Below are positions 9,281 through 18,662 of a DNA stretch of 64,000 nt, in pieces. The stretch is from Christensenella sp. GTDB lineage: Bacteria; Bacillota; Clostridia; Christensenellales; CAG-138. The position numbers and the translations under genes were made by a program. The notes below the pieces were generated by a model. The model saw nothing but the letters and a program-made list of their open reading frames with translations, had not been told where the DNA came from and did no database searches. The first letter of the stretch is position 1; each line of letters begins with the position of its first letter. The stretch is taken from NCBI GenBank assembly GCA_034927595.1, contig JAYFPQ010000069.1, positions 26,412 to 90,411 on the forward strand, in the 5' to 3' direction.

Positions 9281-11551
9281 ATGGAAACAGTCGAACTCAA
9301 CAGCCAATTGCTTGAAATCGCCTACCGCATTCGCGAGATGCGCGAAATTTCCGGGTTCACGCGGGACGAGATGGCAAAACGCACGGACGTCACCTTGCAG
9401 GAATACACCGACTACGAGGCGGGCAAGATGGACTTTCCGTTTACGTTTATCCATAAGTGCGCGGTTGCGTTCGGCATTGGCATTACCGACCTGCTCGAGG
9501 GCGACAGCGCCAAGCTTTCGTCCTACACGGTGACCCGCAAAGGTCAAGGGCAGATGGCGGCAAAAGAGGACGGAATCGAGATCAGCTCGCTGGCCCCGAT
9601 GTTCCGCAACAAGGTCGCCGAGCCATACTGGGTGCGCTATGCATACTCCGAGTCCCAGCAAAACCGCCCGATCCACCTGACGACGCACAACGGGCAGGAG
9701 TTTGACCTCGTGCTCCACGGTTCGCTCAAGGTGCAGGTCGGCGAGCACACCGAGATCCTGCGCGAGGGCGACAGCATCTACTACAACAGCGCAACGCCGC
9801 ACGGCATGATTGCCGTCGAGGGCAGCGAGTGCCTGTTTCTCGCGGTCGTGCTGCCGGGCGAGGGCGCGGCGAACACCGCCGAGCTGCACACGAGCATCGT
9901 GGAAGCGCGCAGAGCCGAGGATTACGTCTGCAACCGTTTTGTCAAAACGCAGGAAGACGAGCACGGCGCGCTCCAGCACGTGGACTTCGTGGACACCGAC
10001 AAATTCAACTTTGCGTTCGACATTGTGGACGCCATCGCGAAGAAAGCGCCAAACAAGCTCGCCATGCTGCACGTGGACATGGACGGCGTGGAGCGGAAGT
10101 TCTCGTTTGAGGACATGAGCAAGGCCAGCAACCGCACCGCGAACTACTTCCGTTCGCTCGGCATCAAGAAGGGCGACAAGGTCATGCTCGTGCTCAAGCG
10201 CCGCTACCAGTTCTGGTTTGCGATGCTGGCGTTGCATAAGATTGGCGCGGTCGCGATTCCCGCGACATATCAGCTCGTTGCGCACGACTTTACCTATCGC
10301 TTCCAGGCGGCGGGCGTCAGTGCGCTGGTCTGCACGGCGGACGGCGAAGCGGCGGCGCAGGCGGAGCTGGGGCAGGAGGGCTGCCCGGAGCTGACGACGA
10401 AGATTCTCGTCGGCGGAACGCGCGAGGGCTGGCACGACTTCGACAGTGAATATCAGCGCTTCAGCAGCCGTTTTGAGCGTCCGGACGACGCGATTGCGGG
10501 CGAGGACACGATGCTGATGTTCTTTACGAGTGGCACGACGGGTTATCCAAAGATCGCGTCGCATAGCTGCACCTACGCGCTGGGACACTTCGTCACCGCG
10601 AAATACTGGCATCAGGTGCACTCCGACGGGCTGCATTTAACCATTTCGGACACCGGCTGGGGCAAGGCGCTCTGGGGCAAGATCTACGGGCAGTGGCTCT
10701 GTGAAGCGGCGATCGCCACGTTTGAATTCGAGCGGTTCGACGCGAAGTACCTTATTCCGCTGTTTGCCAAGCACAAGGTGACGACGCTCTGCGCGCCGCC
10801 GACGATCTACCGCATGATGATTAAGGAAGACCTGAGCAAGTTTGACTTTTCGACCATTGTCCACGCGACGACGGCGGGCGAGGCGCTCAACCCCGAGGTG
10901 TTCTATCAGTTTGAACAGGCGACGGGGCTACGCATCATGGAAGGATTCGGACAGACGGAAACGACGCTGCTCGTGGCCTGCCTGACCGGAATGAACCCGA
11001 AACCCGGCTCGATGGGGCGTCCGGTGCCAACCTACGACGTCGACCTGCTCACGCCGGAGGGAAAGCCAGCCGAGCTCGGCGAACCCGGCGAAATCGTGAT
11101 CCACGTGGACAAAGGCCATCCCTGCGGACTGTTCCAGGGGTACTATCGGGACGAGGAACAGACCCGCGAGGCGGTCTGTGACGGAATCTACCACACGGGC
11201 GATCTCGCCTGGCGGGACGAGGACGGCTACTATTGGTACGTTGGCCGCCGGGACGACGTCATCAAGAGCTCCGGCTACCGCATCGGGCCGTTTGAGATTG
11301 AGAATGTCATCATGGAACTGCCATATGTGCTCGAGTGCGGCGTGTCTGCGGCGCCCGACGAGCTGCGTGGCCAGGTGATCAAGGCGAGCATCGTGCTCAC
11401 CGCCGGCACCGAGGGCACCGAGGAGCTCAAGAAAGAGATTCAGGAGTACGTAAAAACGCATACCGCGCCGTATAAATACCTGCGCAGTGTCGTCGTCCGC
11501 GACGAGCTGCCAAAGACGATCAGCGGCAAAATCATGCGCCGCCTGCTCTAA
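9281..11551 (+). CDS. XRE-HTH + cupin + medium-chain acyl-CoA synthetase fusion (paralogue 1)
   Basis: IAYRIREMREISG HTH, HNGQEFDLV cupin, FTSGTTGYPK, GFGQTET, YHTGDL, IKSSGYRIGPFEIE. Confidence 0.9.
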   Translation: METVELNSQLLEIAYRIREMREISGFTRDEMAKRTDVTLQEYTDYEAGKMDFPFTFIHKCAVAFGIGITDLLEGDSAKLSSYTVTRKGQGQMAAKEDGIEISSLAPMFRNKVAEPYWVRYAYSESQQNRPIHLTTHNGQEFDLVLHGSLKVQVGEHTEILREGDSIYYNSATPHGMIAVEGSECLFLAVVLPGEGAANTAELHTSIVEARRAEDYVCNRFVKTQEDEHGALQHVDFVDTDKFNFAFDIVDAIAKKAPNKLAMLHVDMDGVERKFSFEDMSKASNRTANYFRSLGIKKGDKVMLVLKRRYQFWFAMLALHKIGAVAIPATYQLVAHDFTYRFQAAGVSALVCTADGEAAAQAELGQEGCPELTTKILVGGTREGWHDFDSEYQRFSSRFERPDDAIAGEDTMLMFFTSGTTGYPKIASHSCTYALGHFVTAKYWHQVHSDGLHLTISDTGWGKALWGKIYGQWLCEAAIATFEFERFDAKYLIPLFAKHKVTTLCAPPTIYRMMIKEDLSKFDFSTIVHATTAGEALNPEVFYQFEQATGLRIMEGFGQTETTLLVACLTGMNPKPGSMGRPVPTYDVDLLTPEGKPAELGEPGEIVIHVDKGHPCGLFQGYYRDEEQTREAVCDGIYHTGDLAWRDEDGYYWYVGRRDDVIKSSGYRIGPFEIENVIMELPYVLECGVSAAPDELRGQVIKASIVLTAGTEGTEELKKEIQEYVKTHTAPYKYLRSVVVRDELPKTISGKIMRRLL

Positions 11552-11658
11552 AAAGGCTTGGTTCCGCCGCTTTGCGCCTTTGCGCGAAGCGGCGGACGAA
11601 CGAAATCAACACACGATGCAGATTGTGTAAAGCCTGCATAAAACTTCGGAAATACTCC

Positions 11659-11688
11659 TTGACAAGAAGAGAGGATTCGTGGTAGTCT
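11659..11688 (+). promoter_or_regulatory. SigA promoter of T-box 2
   Basis: TTGACA-18-TAGTCT. Confidence 0.55.
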
Positions 11689-11753
11689 GTACGAAATTAA
11701 ACGCCCGTTGCGTAACTTACGCGGCGGCAACGTTCCACACAAGGTCTAAAAAA

Positions 11754-12058
11754 GGCTGAGACGGAGAGGATCGCGTCCCGATTGCTTTTGCAGAGACCCG
11801 GCGGCTGGTGAAAGCCGGGATGGCATGGACGATGATTTGTAGCTCCCGAGCCGGAAGGAAGAACACCGAGCATACGGTTCGGCAAGTAGAACCTTCCCGT
11901 GCATGCGGCGTTACGGCATAGGGCTTATTGGAGCCTGAAGAGGGGTATCGGCGGCAACGTCGGTGCAATTTGAGTGGTACCGCGGGTAAAAGCTACGAGC
12001 TGCACTCGTCTCAAAGATGATCGGACTATTACGGGATCATCTTGGGGACGATTTTTTT
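11754..12058 (+). promoter_or_regulatory. T-box riboswitch, predicted Val specifier (GUA)
   Basis: GGCTGAGA GA motif, CAGAGA/GGTGAAA, TTTGAGTGGTACCGCG T-box at ~11969, terminator 12006-12058; GUA at 11839-11841. Confidence 0.85.
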
Positions 12059-12149
12059 GTACCTTTCGGTGATGTTCCAGAGCGTCCGAGCGCAACTGAG
12101 CAATCATGCCGGGGTGGTTTTCGCCGCCGGACGAAAGGGAGCAGGCAAT

Positions 12150-14441
12150 ATGAAGGGCAGCAACAGCGAACTCGATTTCCAGCTACAGGAGATGGCGGCT
12201 CGCATCCGCGAGCTAAGGCGCATCTCAAACCTGAGCACCGCCGAGATGGCAGAGCGCACCGGCGTCTCCGAGGCGGAATACACCTCTTGCGAAAGCGGAG
12301 GGCACGATCTCAGCTTCGCGTTCATCTACCGCTGCGCAATGGCATTTGGCGTGAACGTCACGGACATCATCGAGGGCACGAGCCCGACGCTGCGTGGCTA
12401 CGCGATTACCCGCGCGGGCGAGGGTGCGCGCATTGAGCAGGCGCACGGCATGGTCTACTATAACCTCGCCGCGCCGTTTCAGAACCGCATTTCCGAGCCG
12501 CTCTATGTCGAGGTTGGCTACAACCCCGAGGCGGAGCAGAAGGACATTGAACTCACCACGCACGAGGGTCAAGAGTGCGACCTCGTGATCAGCGGCACGC
12601 TCAAGCTCCAGATCGGTTCGCATACGGAGATTCTGCACAAGGGCGACTGCGCGTACTTCGATAGCTCGATTCCCCACGGCATGATCGCCGTCGGCGGCGA
12701 GGACTGCCGGTTTTACGCGATTGTCCTGAACCCCTCCGCCTACAAGGACGCGCACAGTACCGAGGCCATCCAAAATCCGGCCTGGGAACGGCCGGACGAG
12801 TCGGCGCAGCCGCGCATCTTCAACAAGTTTATCCATCCAACCATCGACGCGGACGGGAACCCCACCGCGTTGACTTTCGAGAATACGGACAAGTTCAACT
12901 TCGCGTTTGACATTGTGGACGGCCTCGCGGAGAAATATCCGGACAAGCTCGCGATGCTACATATTTCGAAGGACAAGACCGAGCGGCGCTTCACGTTTGG
13001 CGACTTCAAGCGCGCGAGCGCGCAGTGCGCAAACTACTTCGCCTCCCTCGGCATCCAGCGCGGGGACCGCGTGCTGCTCGTGCTCAAGCGGCATTACCAG
13101 TTCTGGTTTGCGCTCTTGGGGCTGCACAAGCTCGGCGCCATCGGCATTCCCGCGACGTATCTGCTGCAGGAGCACGACTACGCCTACCGCTTCGAGAAGG
13201 CGGGCATCAGCGCGATCATCTGCACGGCGGACGAGGACGCCGCGGAAACGGCCGACCGCGCAGCGGCGGGGTTTTCCGGCAAACTCACGAAGATTCTCGT
13301 CGGCGGCAAGCGCGACGGCTGGCACGATTTTGACAGCGAGTATTCGCGCTTCTCCGGCCGTTTTCCGCGCGAAGCGGACGCGCCCTGCGGCGACGATTTG
13401 ATGCTCATGTTCTTCACGAGCGGCACGACGGGGCAGCCAAAGCTCGCCGCGCATACCTATAAATACCCGCTGGGCCACCACATCACCGCCGACTACTGGC
13501 AGTGCGTAAATCCAAACGGCCTGCATCTAACGATTTCGGATACCGGCTGGGCAAAGGCAATGTGGGGCAAGCTCTACGGGCAGTGGCTCAGCGAGGCGGC
13601 GGTGTTTGTTTACGACTTTGACCGGTTTGACGCGGCGGATATTCTGCCGATGTTTGCGAAATACAACATCACGACCTTCTGCGCGCCGCCGACGATGTAC
13701 CGCATGCTGATTAAGGAGGATCTCTCCAAGTACGATCTGAGCTCCATCAAGCACGCAACCATTGCGGGCGAGGCGCTCAACCCGGAGGTCTTCCGCCAAA
13801 TGGAGAAGTCCACCGGATTGCAGCTCATGGAGGGATTCGGCCAGTCCGAAACCACGCTGGTGATCGGCAACCTCCGCGGCGGCACCCACAAGGTTGGCTC
13901 AATGGGCAAGCCCGTTGCGCTCTACGACGTGGATCTCGTCGACCCGGATGGAAATCCCGTGGAAACGGGAACGAACGGCGAAATCGTCATTCGCATCGAA
14001 AACGGCGATCCCTGCGGGTTGTTTAAGGAGTACTACCGGGACGACGAGGCGAACCGCGAGGCCAAGCGCGACGGACTGTACCATACCGGCGACCTCGCCT
14101 GGAAGGACGAGGACGGCTACTATTGGTACGTGGGCCGCGCGGACGATTTGATCAAATCCTCCGGCTACCGCATCGGGCCGTTCGAAATTGAGAGCGTCAT
14201 CATGGAACTGCCATACGTGCTCGAATGCGGCATCTCCGCCGAGCCGGACGATATCCGCGGGCAGATCATCAAGGCGAGCATCGTGCTCACCGCGGGCACC
14301 GAAGGTACGGAAGCGCTCAAGTCCGAGATTCAGGAGTACGTCAAGAGCCACACCGCGCCGTATAAATATCCGCGCATCGTGGTGTTCCGCGAGAGCCTGC
14401 CAAAGACGACGAGCGGAAAGATCATCCGAAGGCTGCTATAG
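12150..14441 (+). CDS. XRE-HTH + cupin + medium-chain acyl-CoA synthetase fusion (paralogue 2)
   Basis: Colinear with 9281-11551 (HEGQECDLV, FTSGTTGQPK, GFGQSET, YPRIVVF); ATG 12150 after AAAGGGAG. Confidence 0.9.
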   Translation: MKGSNSELDFQLQEMAARIRELRRISNLSTAEMAERTGVSEAEYTSCESGGHDLSFAFIYRCAMAFGVNVTDIIEGTSPTLRGYAITRAGEGARIEQAHGMVYYNLAAPFQNRISEPLYVEVGYNPEAEQKDIELTTHEGQECDLVISGTLKLQIGSHTEILHKGDCAYFDSSIPHGMIAVGGEDCRFYAIVLNPSAYKDAHSTEAIQNPAWERPDESAQPRIFNKFIHPTIDADGNPTALTFENTDKFNFAFDIVDGLAEKYPDKLAMLHISKDKTERRFTFGDFKRASAQCANYFASLGIQRGDRVLLVLKRHYQFWFALLGLHKLGAIGIPATYLLQEHDYAYRFEKAGISAIICTADEDAAETADRAAAGFSGKLTKILVGGKRDGWHDFDSEYSRFSGRFPREADAPCGDDLMLMFFTSGTTGQPKLAAHTYKYPLGHHITADYWQCVNPNGLHLTISDTGWAKAMWGKLYGQWLSEAAVFVYDFDRFDAADILPMFAKYNITTFCAPPTMYRMLIKEDLSKYDLSSIKHATIAGEALNPEVFRQMEKSTGLQLMEGFGQSETTLVIGNLRGGTHKVGSMGKPVALYDVDLVDPDGNPVETGTNGEIVIRIENGDPCGLFKEYYRDDEANREAKRDGLYHTGDLAWKDEDGYYWYVGRADDLIKSSGYRIGPFEIESVIMELPYVLECGISAEPDDIRGQIIKASIVLTAGTEGTEALKSEIQEYVKSHTAPYKYPRIVVFRESLPKTTSGKIIRRLL

Positions 14442-14509
14442 CTGTTATAATAGGGGAGTAGCGCGCGGGCGAAATCGCCAAAGCGCAGAGCGAGGAGAAG
14501 CAAACAACG

Positions 14510-15157
14510 TTGAATGCCAAGCGCGTGACCATTCTGACCGGACACTACGGCAGCGGAAAAACGAGCATCGCGGTGCAATACGCGCTGCGCCTGCGCGAAG
14601 CGGGCAACGCGGTCTCCATCTGCGACCTCGACATCGTGAATCCGTACTTCCGCTCGACGGATCACCGCGCGGAGTTGGAGGCGGCGGGCGTTTGCCTCGT
14701 AACCTCCCAGTTTGCGGGCAGCAACCTCGATATTCCCGCGCTGCCCAAGGAGCTCTACGCCGCCATTGCGGACAAGAGCGGCTATGCGGTGCTGGACGTC
14801 GGCGGCGACGACAGGGGCGCGGTTGCGCTGGGGCGCTATGTGCCGGACATCGTTGGCGAAGGCAATTACGAAATGCTCTTTGTCGCGAACTTCTACCGCC
14901 CGCTGACGAAGACGGCCGAGGACGCGTTGCAGGTTCTGCGCGAGGTGGAAGCCGCCTGCGGCATGCGTGTCACCGCGCTGGTCAACAACAGCAACCTTGG
15001 CTTGGAGACGAGCGCGGAGGATGTGCTGGGAACCGTTGATCGTATGGAGCGCTTCGCGCAGCTTGCCGAACTGCCAATCGCGTTTACGAGCGTGAGCAAT
15101 CGATTGAAAGAACAGTTAGATCATCAATTAGAGCATCCGTTTTGGATGAACTTTTAG
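14510..15157 (+). CDS. Uncharacterised P-loop ATPase (ParA/MinD-like) associated with the VOR operon
   Basis: GHYGSGKT Walker A, DLDIVNPYFRS, LDVGGD; TTG start after GAGGAG. Confidence 0.7.
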   Translation: MNAKRVTILTGHYGSGKTSIAVQYALRLREAGNAVSICDLDIVNPYFRSTDHRAELEAAGVCLVTSQFAGSNLDIPALPKELYAAIADKSGYAVLDVGGDDRGAVALGRYVPDIVGEGNYEMLFVANFYRPLTKTAEDALQVLREVEAACGMRVTALVNNSNLGLETSAEDVLGTVDRMERFAQLAELPIAFTSVSNRLKEQLDHQLEHPFWMNF

Positions 15158-15236
15158 ATAATAAGTCTCAGTAAATAGGGAATCCATTTTAGATGAATTT
15201 TTAGAAATCAAGCACAAAGACAGGAAAGGCGATACC

Positions 15237-15443
15237 ATGGCAAAAGTGACGTTTGAGACGAATCTTTGCAAAGGCTGCGGGCTCTGCGTAGACGCATGCC
15301 CCAAGAAGATCCTCAAGATCGATCGAGAGACGATCAACCAAAAGGGACACTCGCCCGCCGCAATGACGGACGAAGCACAGTGCATTGGCTGCGGCTTCTG
15401 CGCCACCATGTGCCCCGACTGCGTAATTACGGTGGAAAGGTAA
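15237..15443 (+). CDS. 2x[4Fe-4S] ferredoxin (oxidoreductase delta subunit)
   Basis: CKGCGLCVDACP and CIGCGFCATMCP. Confidence 0.9.
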   Translation: MAKVTFETNLCKGCGLCVDACPKKILKIDRETINQKGHSPAAMTDEAQCIGCGFCATMCPDCVITVER

Positions 15444-15454
15444 GGGCAAACAGC

Positions 15455-16519
15455 ATGGCGGACAAGGTTTTAATGAAGGGCAACGAGGCCATCGCCGAGG
15501 CGGCGATCCTCGCGGGCTGCCGACACTACTTCGGCTACCCGATCACCCCGCAGACGGAGATTGCGGCCTATATGGCAAAGCGGATGCCGAAGATCGGCGG
15601 CGTGTTTCTGCAGGCCGAGAGCGAAATTGCGGCGATCAACATGGTCTACGGCGTATCCGCCGCGGGCAAGCGCGTGATGACCAGCTCCTCGAGCCCCGGC
15701 ATTTCGCTCAAGGGCGAGGGTTTGAGCTATCTTGCGGGCAGCGACCTGCCGGCGTTTCTCGTGAACGTTCAGCGCGGCGGCCCGGGCCTCGGCGGCATTC
15801 AGCCCTCGCAGGCGGACTATTTTCAGGCGACGCGCGGCGGCGGCCACGGCGACTATCACATGATCGTGCTCGCGCCCGCCTCCGTTCAGGAGATGGCGGA
15901 TTTGACCGTCAAGGGCTTTGACCTCGCGGATAAATACCGCATGACGGCAATGATCCTCGCGGACGGCACCATCGGACAGATGATGGAGCCCGTCTCCCTC
16001 GATATCGGCGAGCAGAAGGTCTACGACAAGCCCTGGGCGCTCACCGGAACCAAGATGGAGCGTGAGCACAACATCGTGACCTCGCTGTTTCTCAAGCCGG
16101 AAGCGCTGGAGCAGCTCAACTTTGAGCGCTACGCGCGCTATCGCATTGTCGAAGAGAACGAGGTCATGTACGAGTCGTTCCAGATGGACGACGCGGAAAT
16201 CTGCGTCGTAGCTTACGGAATTACGGCGCGCGTTTCGAAAAACGCCGTGACCGCCGCGCGTGCCAAGGGCATCCGCGTCGGACTGATTCGCCCGATTACG
16301 CTCTGGCCGTTCCCGAAAGCGGTGCTGGCCGAGGCGGCAACGCGGGTCAAGTCTTTCCTCTCGGTGGAGATGTCCATGGGGCAGATGATCGAGGACATCG
16401 AACTCTCGATTCGCTGCGCAAAACCGGTGACCCTCGTCAACCGCGTCGGCGGCATGATCCCGACGCCGGAGCAGGTACTTTCCGCCATTGAACAGGCGGC
16501 AGGAGGTGACAAGAAATGA
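15455..16519 (+). CDS. vorB: 2-oxoisovalerate-type 2-oxoacid:ferredoxin oxidoreductase alpha subunit
   Basis: GNEAIAEAA, GYPITPQTE, ESEIAA, SSSPG, QRGGPGLG. Confidence 0.85.
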   Translation: MADKVLMKGNEAIAEAAILAGCRHYFGYPITPQTEIAAYMAKRMPKIGGVFLQAESEIAAINMVYGVSAAGKRVMTSSSSPGISLKGEGLSYLAGSDLPAFLVNVQRGGPGLGGIQPSQADYFQATRGGGHGDYHMIVLAPASVQEMADLTVKGFDLADKYRMTAMILADGTIGQMMEPVSLDIGEQKVYDKPWALTGTKMEREHNIVTSLFLKPEALEQLNFERYARYRIVEENEVMYESFQMDDAEICVVAYGITARVSKNAVTAARAKGIRVGLIRPITLWPFPKAVLAEAATRVKSFLSVEMSMGQMIEDIELSIRCAKPVTLVNRVGGMIPTPEQVLSAIEQAAGGDKK

Positions 16520-17262
16520 TTGTCGCAAAACGTCCGAATTCGCTGACCGCAACGCCCACGCATTATTGCCCGGGCTGCACGCACGGCATTATTCACCGCC
16601 TCGTCGCGGAGGCGATCGACACGCTGGGCATCGAGGGACGCACCATTGGCGTCGCGCCCGTCGGCTGTTCGGTGCTGGCGTATAACTATTTCACGGTCGA
16701 CATGATCGAAGCAGCGCATGGGCGCGCGCCCGCGGTTGCTACTGGAGTCAAGCGCGCGGAGCCGGGCAACATCGTCTTTACCTATCAGGGCGACGGCGAC
16801 CTCGCGAGCATCGGCATGGCGGAGACCGTCCACGCCGCGGCGCGGAACGAGAACATTACGATTATCTTCGTAAACAACGCGATCTACGGTATGACCGGCG
16901 GCCAGATGGCGCCGACCTCGCTGCCGGGGCAGGTCACCCAGACCTCGCCTTACGGACGCGACGTGACCCAGTGCGGCTACCCGATTCGCGTCTGCGAAAT
17001 GCTCTCCGAGCTCGAAGGGCCGGAGTACCTCGCCCGCGTTGCGGTCAACAGCGTGAAAAACGTCAATGCCGCGAAAAAGGCAATTGAGAAGGCGTTCCGC
17101 AATCAGATTGAGGGCAAGGGCTTCTCGCTGGTCGAGGTCGTCTCCGGCTGCCCGACGAACTGGGGCATGACGCCGCAGGCCGCGCTCAAATGGATTGACG
17201 ACGCGATGATTCCCTACTATCCGCTTGGGGTCTACAAGGACCGCAGCGCAAAGGAGGCGTAA
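16516..17262 (+). CDS. 2-oxoacid:ferredoxin oxidoreductase beta (TPP-binding) subunit
   Basis: YCPGCTHG, QGDGDLASIG, NNAIYGMTGGQ. Confidence 0.9.
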   Translation: MIVAKRPNSLTATPTHYCPGCTHGIIHRLVAEAIDTLGIEGRTIGVAPVGCSVLAYNYFTVDMIEAAHGRAPAVATGVKRAEPGNIVFTYQGDGDLASIGMAETVHAAARNENITIIFVNNAIYGMTGGQMAPTSLPGQVTQTSPYGRDVTQCGYPIRVCEMLSELEGPEYLARVAVNSVKNVNAAKKAIEKAFRNQIEGKGFSLVEVVSGCPTNWGMTPQAALKWIDDAMIPYYPLGVYKDRSAKEA

Positions 17263-17268
17263 CGCGCT

Positions 17269-17820
17269 ATGGCTAACAAGAGCAAGACTACGCGCATCCT
17301 CATTGCCGGATTTGGCGGACAGGGTGTACTGTTCATGGGAAAACTGCTTGCCTACGTCGGCATGGCGGAGGATCGTCAGGTCAGCTGGCTGCCCTCCTAC
17401 GGGCCGGAAATGCGCGGCGGCACGGCGAATTGCAGCGTGATTCTGAGCGACGACCCCATCGGTTCGCCCATCGTGGACGCGCCGGACGTGCTGATCGCCA
17501 TGAACCTGCCGTCGTTTCAGAAGTATCAGAACGCCGTCGTTCCCGGCGGCTCCATCGTGCTGGACTCCTCGCTGATTGGCGAAGCACCGGCGCGTAAGGA
17601 CATTTCCTACTACGCGCTGCCCGCGACGCAGCTGGCGACGGACGAGCATCTGGACGGGTTGAGCAACATGATTCTGCTCGGTAAGTTCCTCGAAGCCTGC
17701 CTGCCGACGAGCGGCGAGCTCACGAAAAAGGCGCTCTTGAAGGTGGTTCCCGCGAAAAAGGAACACCTGCTCGCGTCGAACGAACAGGCCATTGCGCTCG
17801 GACGGGCGTATCAGGGGTAA
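17269..17820 (+). CDS. 2-oxoacid:ferredoxin oxidoreductase gamma subunit
   Basis: [20 protein letters not shown]. Confidence 0.9.
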   Translation: MANKSKTTRILIAGFGGQGVLFMGKLLAYVGMAEDRQVSWLPSYGPEMRGGTANCSVILSDDPIGSPIVDAPDVLIAMNLPSFQKYQNAVVPGGSIVLDSSLIGEAPARKDISYYALPATQLATDEHLDGLSNMILLGKFLEACLPTSGELTKKALLKVVPAKKEHLLASNEQAIALGRAYQG

Positions 17821-17826
17821 GAAACG

Positions 17827-18615
17827 ATGAAGATCGCCTGCGTGCAGATGGACGTGCTCCCGGGCAAGCCGGAGCAAAACTATGCCATCGCCGAGGCGCT
17901 GATTCGAAAGGCCGCGCGAAAACAGCCGGACGTCATCCTACTGCCGGAAACGTGGAACACGGGCTTTGCGCCACAGCACCTCGACCCCGCGCAGGCGGAC
18001 GAGGACGGCGCGCGAACGAAGCGCTTATGTTCCGCGCTGGCTAAGGAACTGGGGGTCAACCTGCTTGCGGGCAGCGTCACGACCCGCCGCGCGGACGGGC
18101 TCTACAACACCGCCTACGGGTTCAACCGCTCGGGCGAGCTCGTTTGCAGCTACGACAAGACGCATCTGTTCTCCCCGCTGGGGGAGGACAAGGCGTATCG
18201 AAAGGGCGGTTCCCTCGCGTGTTTTACGCTGGACGGAGTCAATTGCGCGCTGATCACCTGCTACGACCTGCGTTTTCCGGAGCTGGCGCGCACGCTGGCG
18301 CTGCCGGGGCTGGATGTGCTCTTTGTGGTCTCCCAGTGGCCGAAGCAGCGGATTTCGCATCTAGAGACGCTCGCAAGAGCGCGCGCAATTGAGAACCAAA
18401 CGTTCGTCGCGGTGTGCAACGCCTGCGGAAATGCGTATGGAACGAAGTTCGGCGGGCGCTCAATGGTGATCGATCCGCTGGGGAACATCCTCCGGCAGGC
18501 GGGATCACGCGAGAGCGTTCTACATGCAGAAATCTCGCTGGGCATGCTCGCGCAGGTGCGGCAGGCGATTCCGGTATTTCAGGATCGCAGGCCGGAACTC
18601 TATTCATTGGATTAA
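17827..18615 (+). CDS. Carbon-nitrogen hydrolase (nitrilase/omega-amidase family)
   Basis: LPETWN, YDKTHLF, TCYDLRFPE (E-K-C triad). Confidence 0.9.
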   Translation: MKIACVQMDVLPGKPEQNYAIAEALIRKAARKQPDVILLPETWNTGFAPQHLDPAQADEDGARTKRLCSALAKELGVNLLAGSVTTRRADGLYNTAYGFNRSGELVCSYDKTHLFSPLGEDKAYRKGGSLACFTLDGVNCALITCYDLRFPELARTLALPGLDVLFVVSQWPKQRISHLETLARARAIENQTFVAVCNACGNAYGTKFGGRSMVIDPLGNILRQAGSRESVLHAEISLGMLAQVRQAIPVFQDRRPELYSLD

Positions 18616-18662
18616 ACTGGTTTGGTCATATATTACAGATAAAGCAGAGGTGGAAAAAGAAC

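Noticed and set aside
9269-10636. Long antisense ORFs in the track (e.g. 9269-10636, 16213-17877, 20243-22123, 39290-41641, 44325-45752, 50214-51641, 56254-57972)
   Set aside because: They are shadow frames of GC-rich genuine genes, with no recognisable motifs or RBS.
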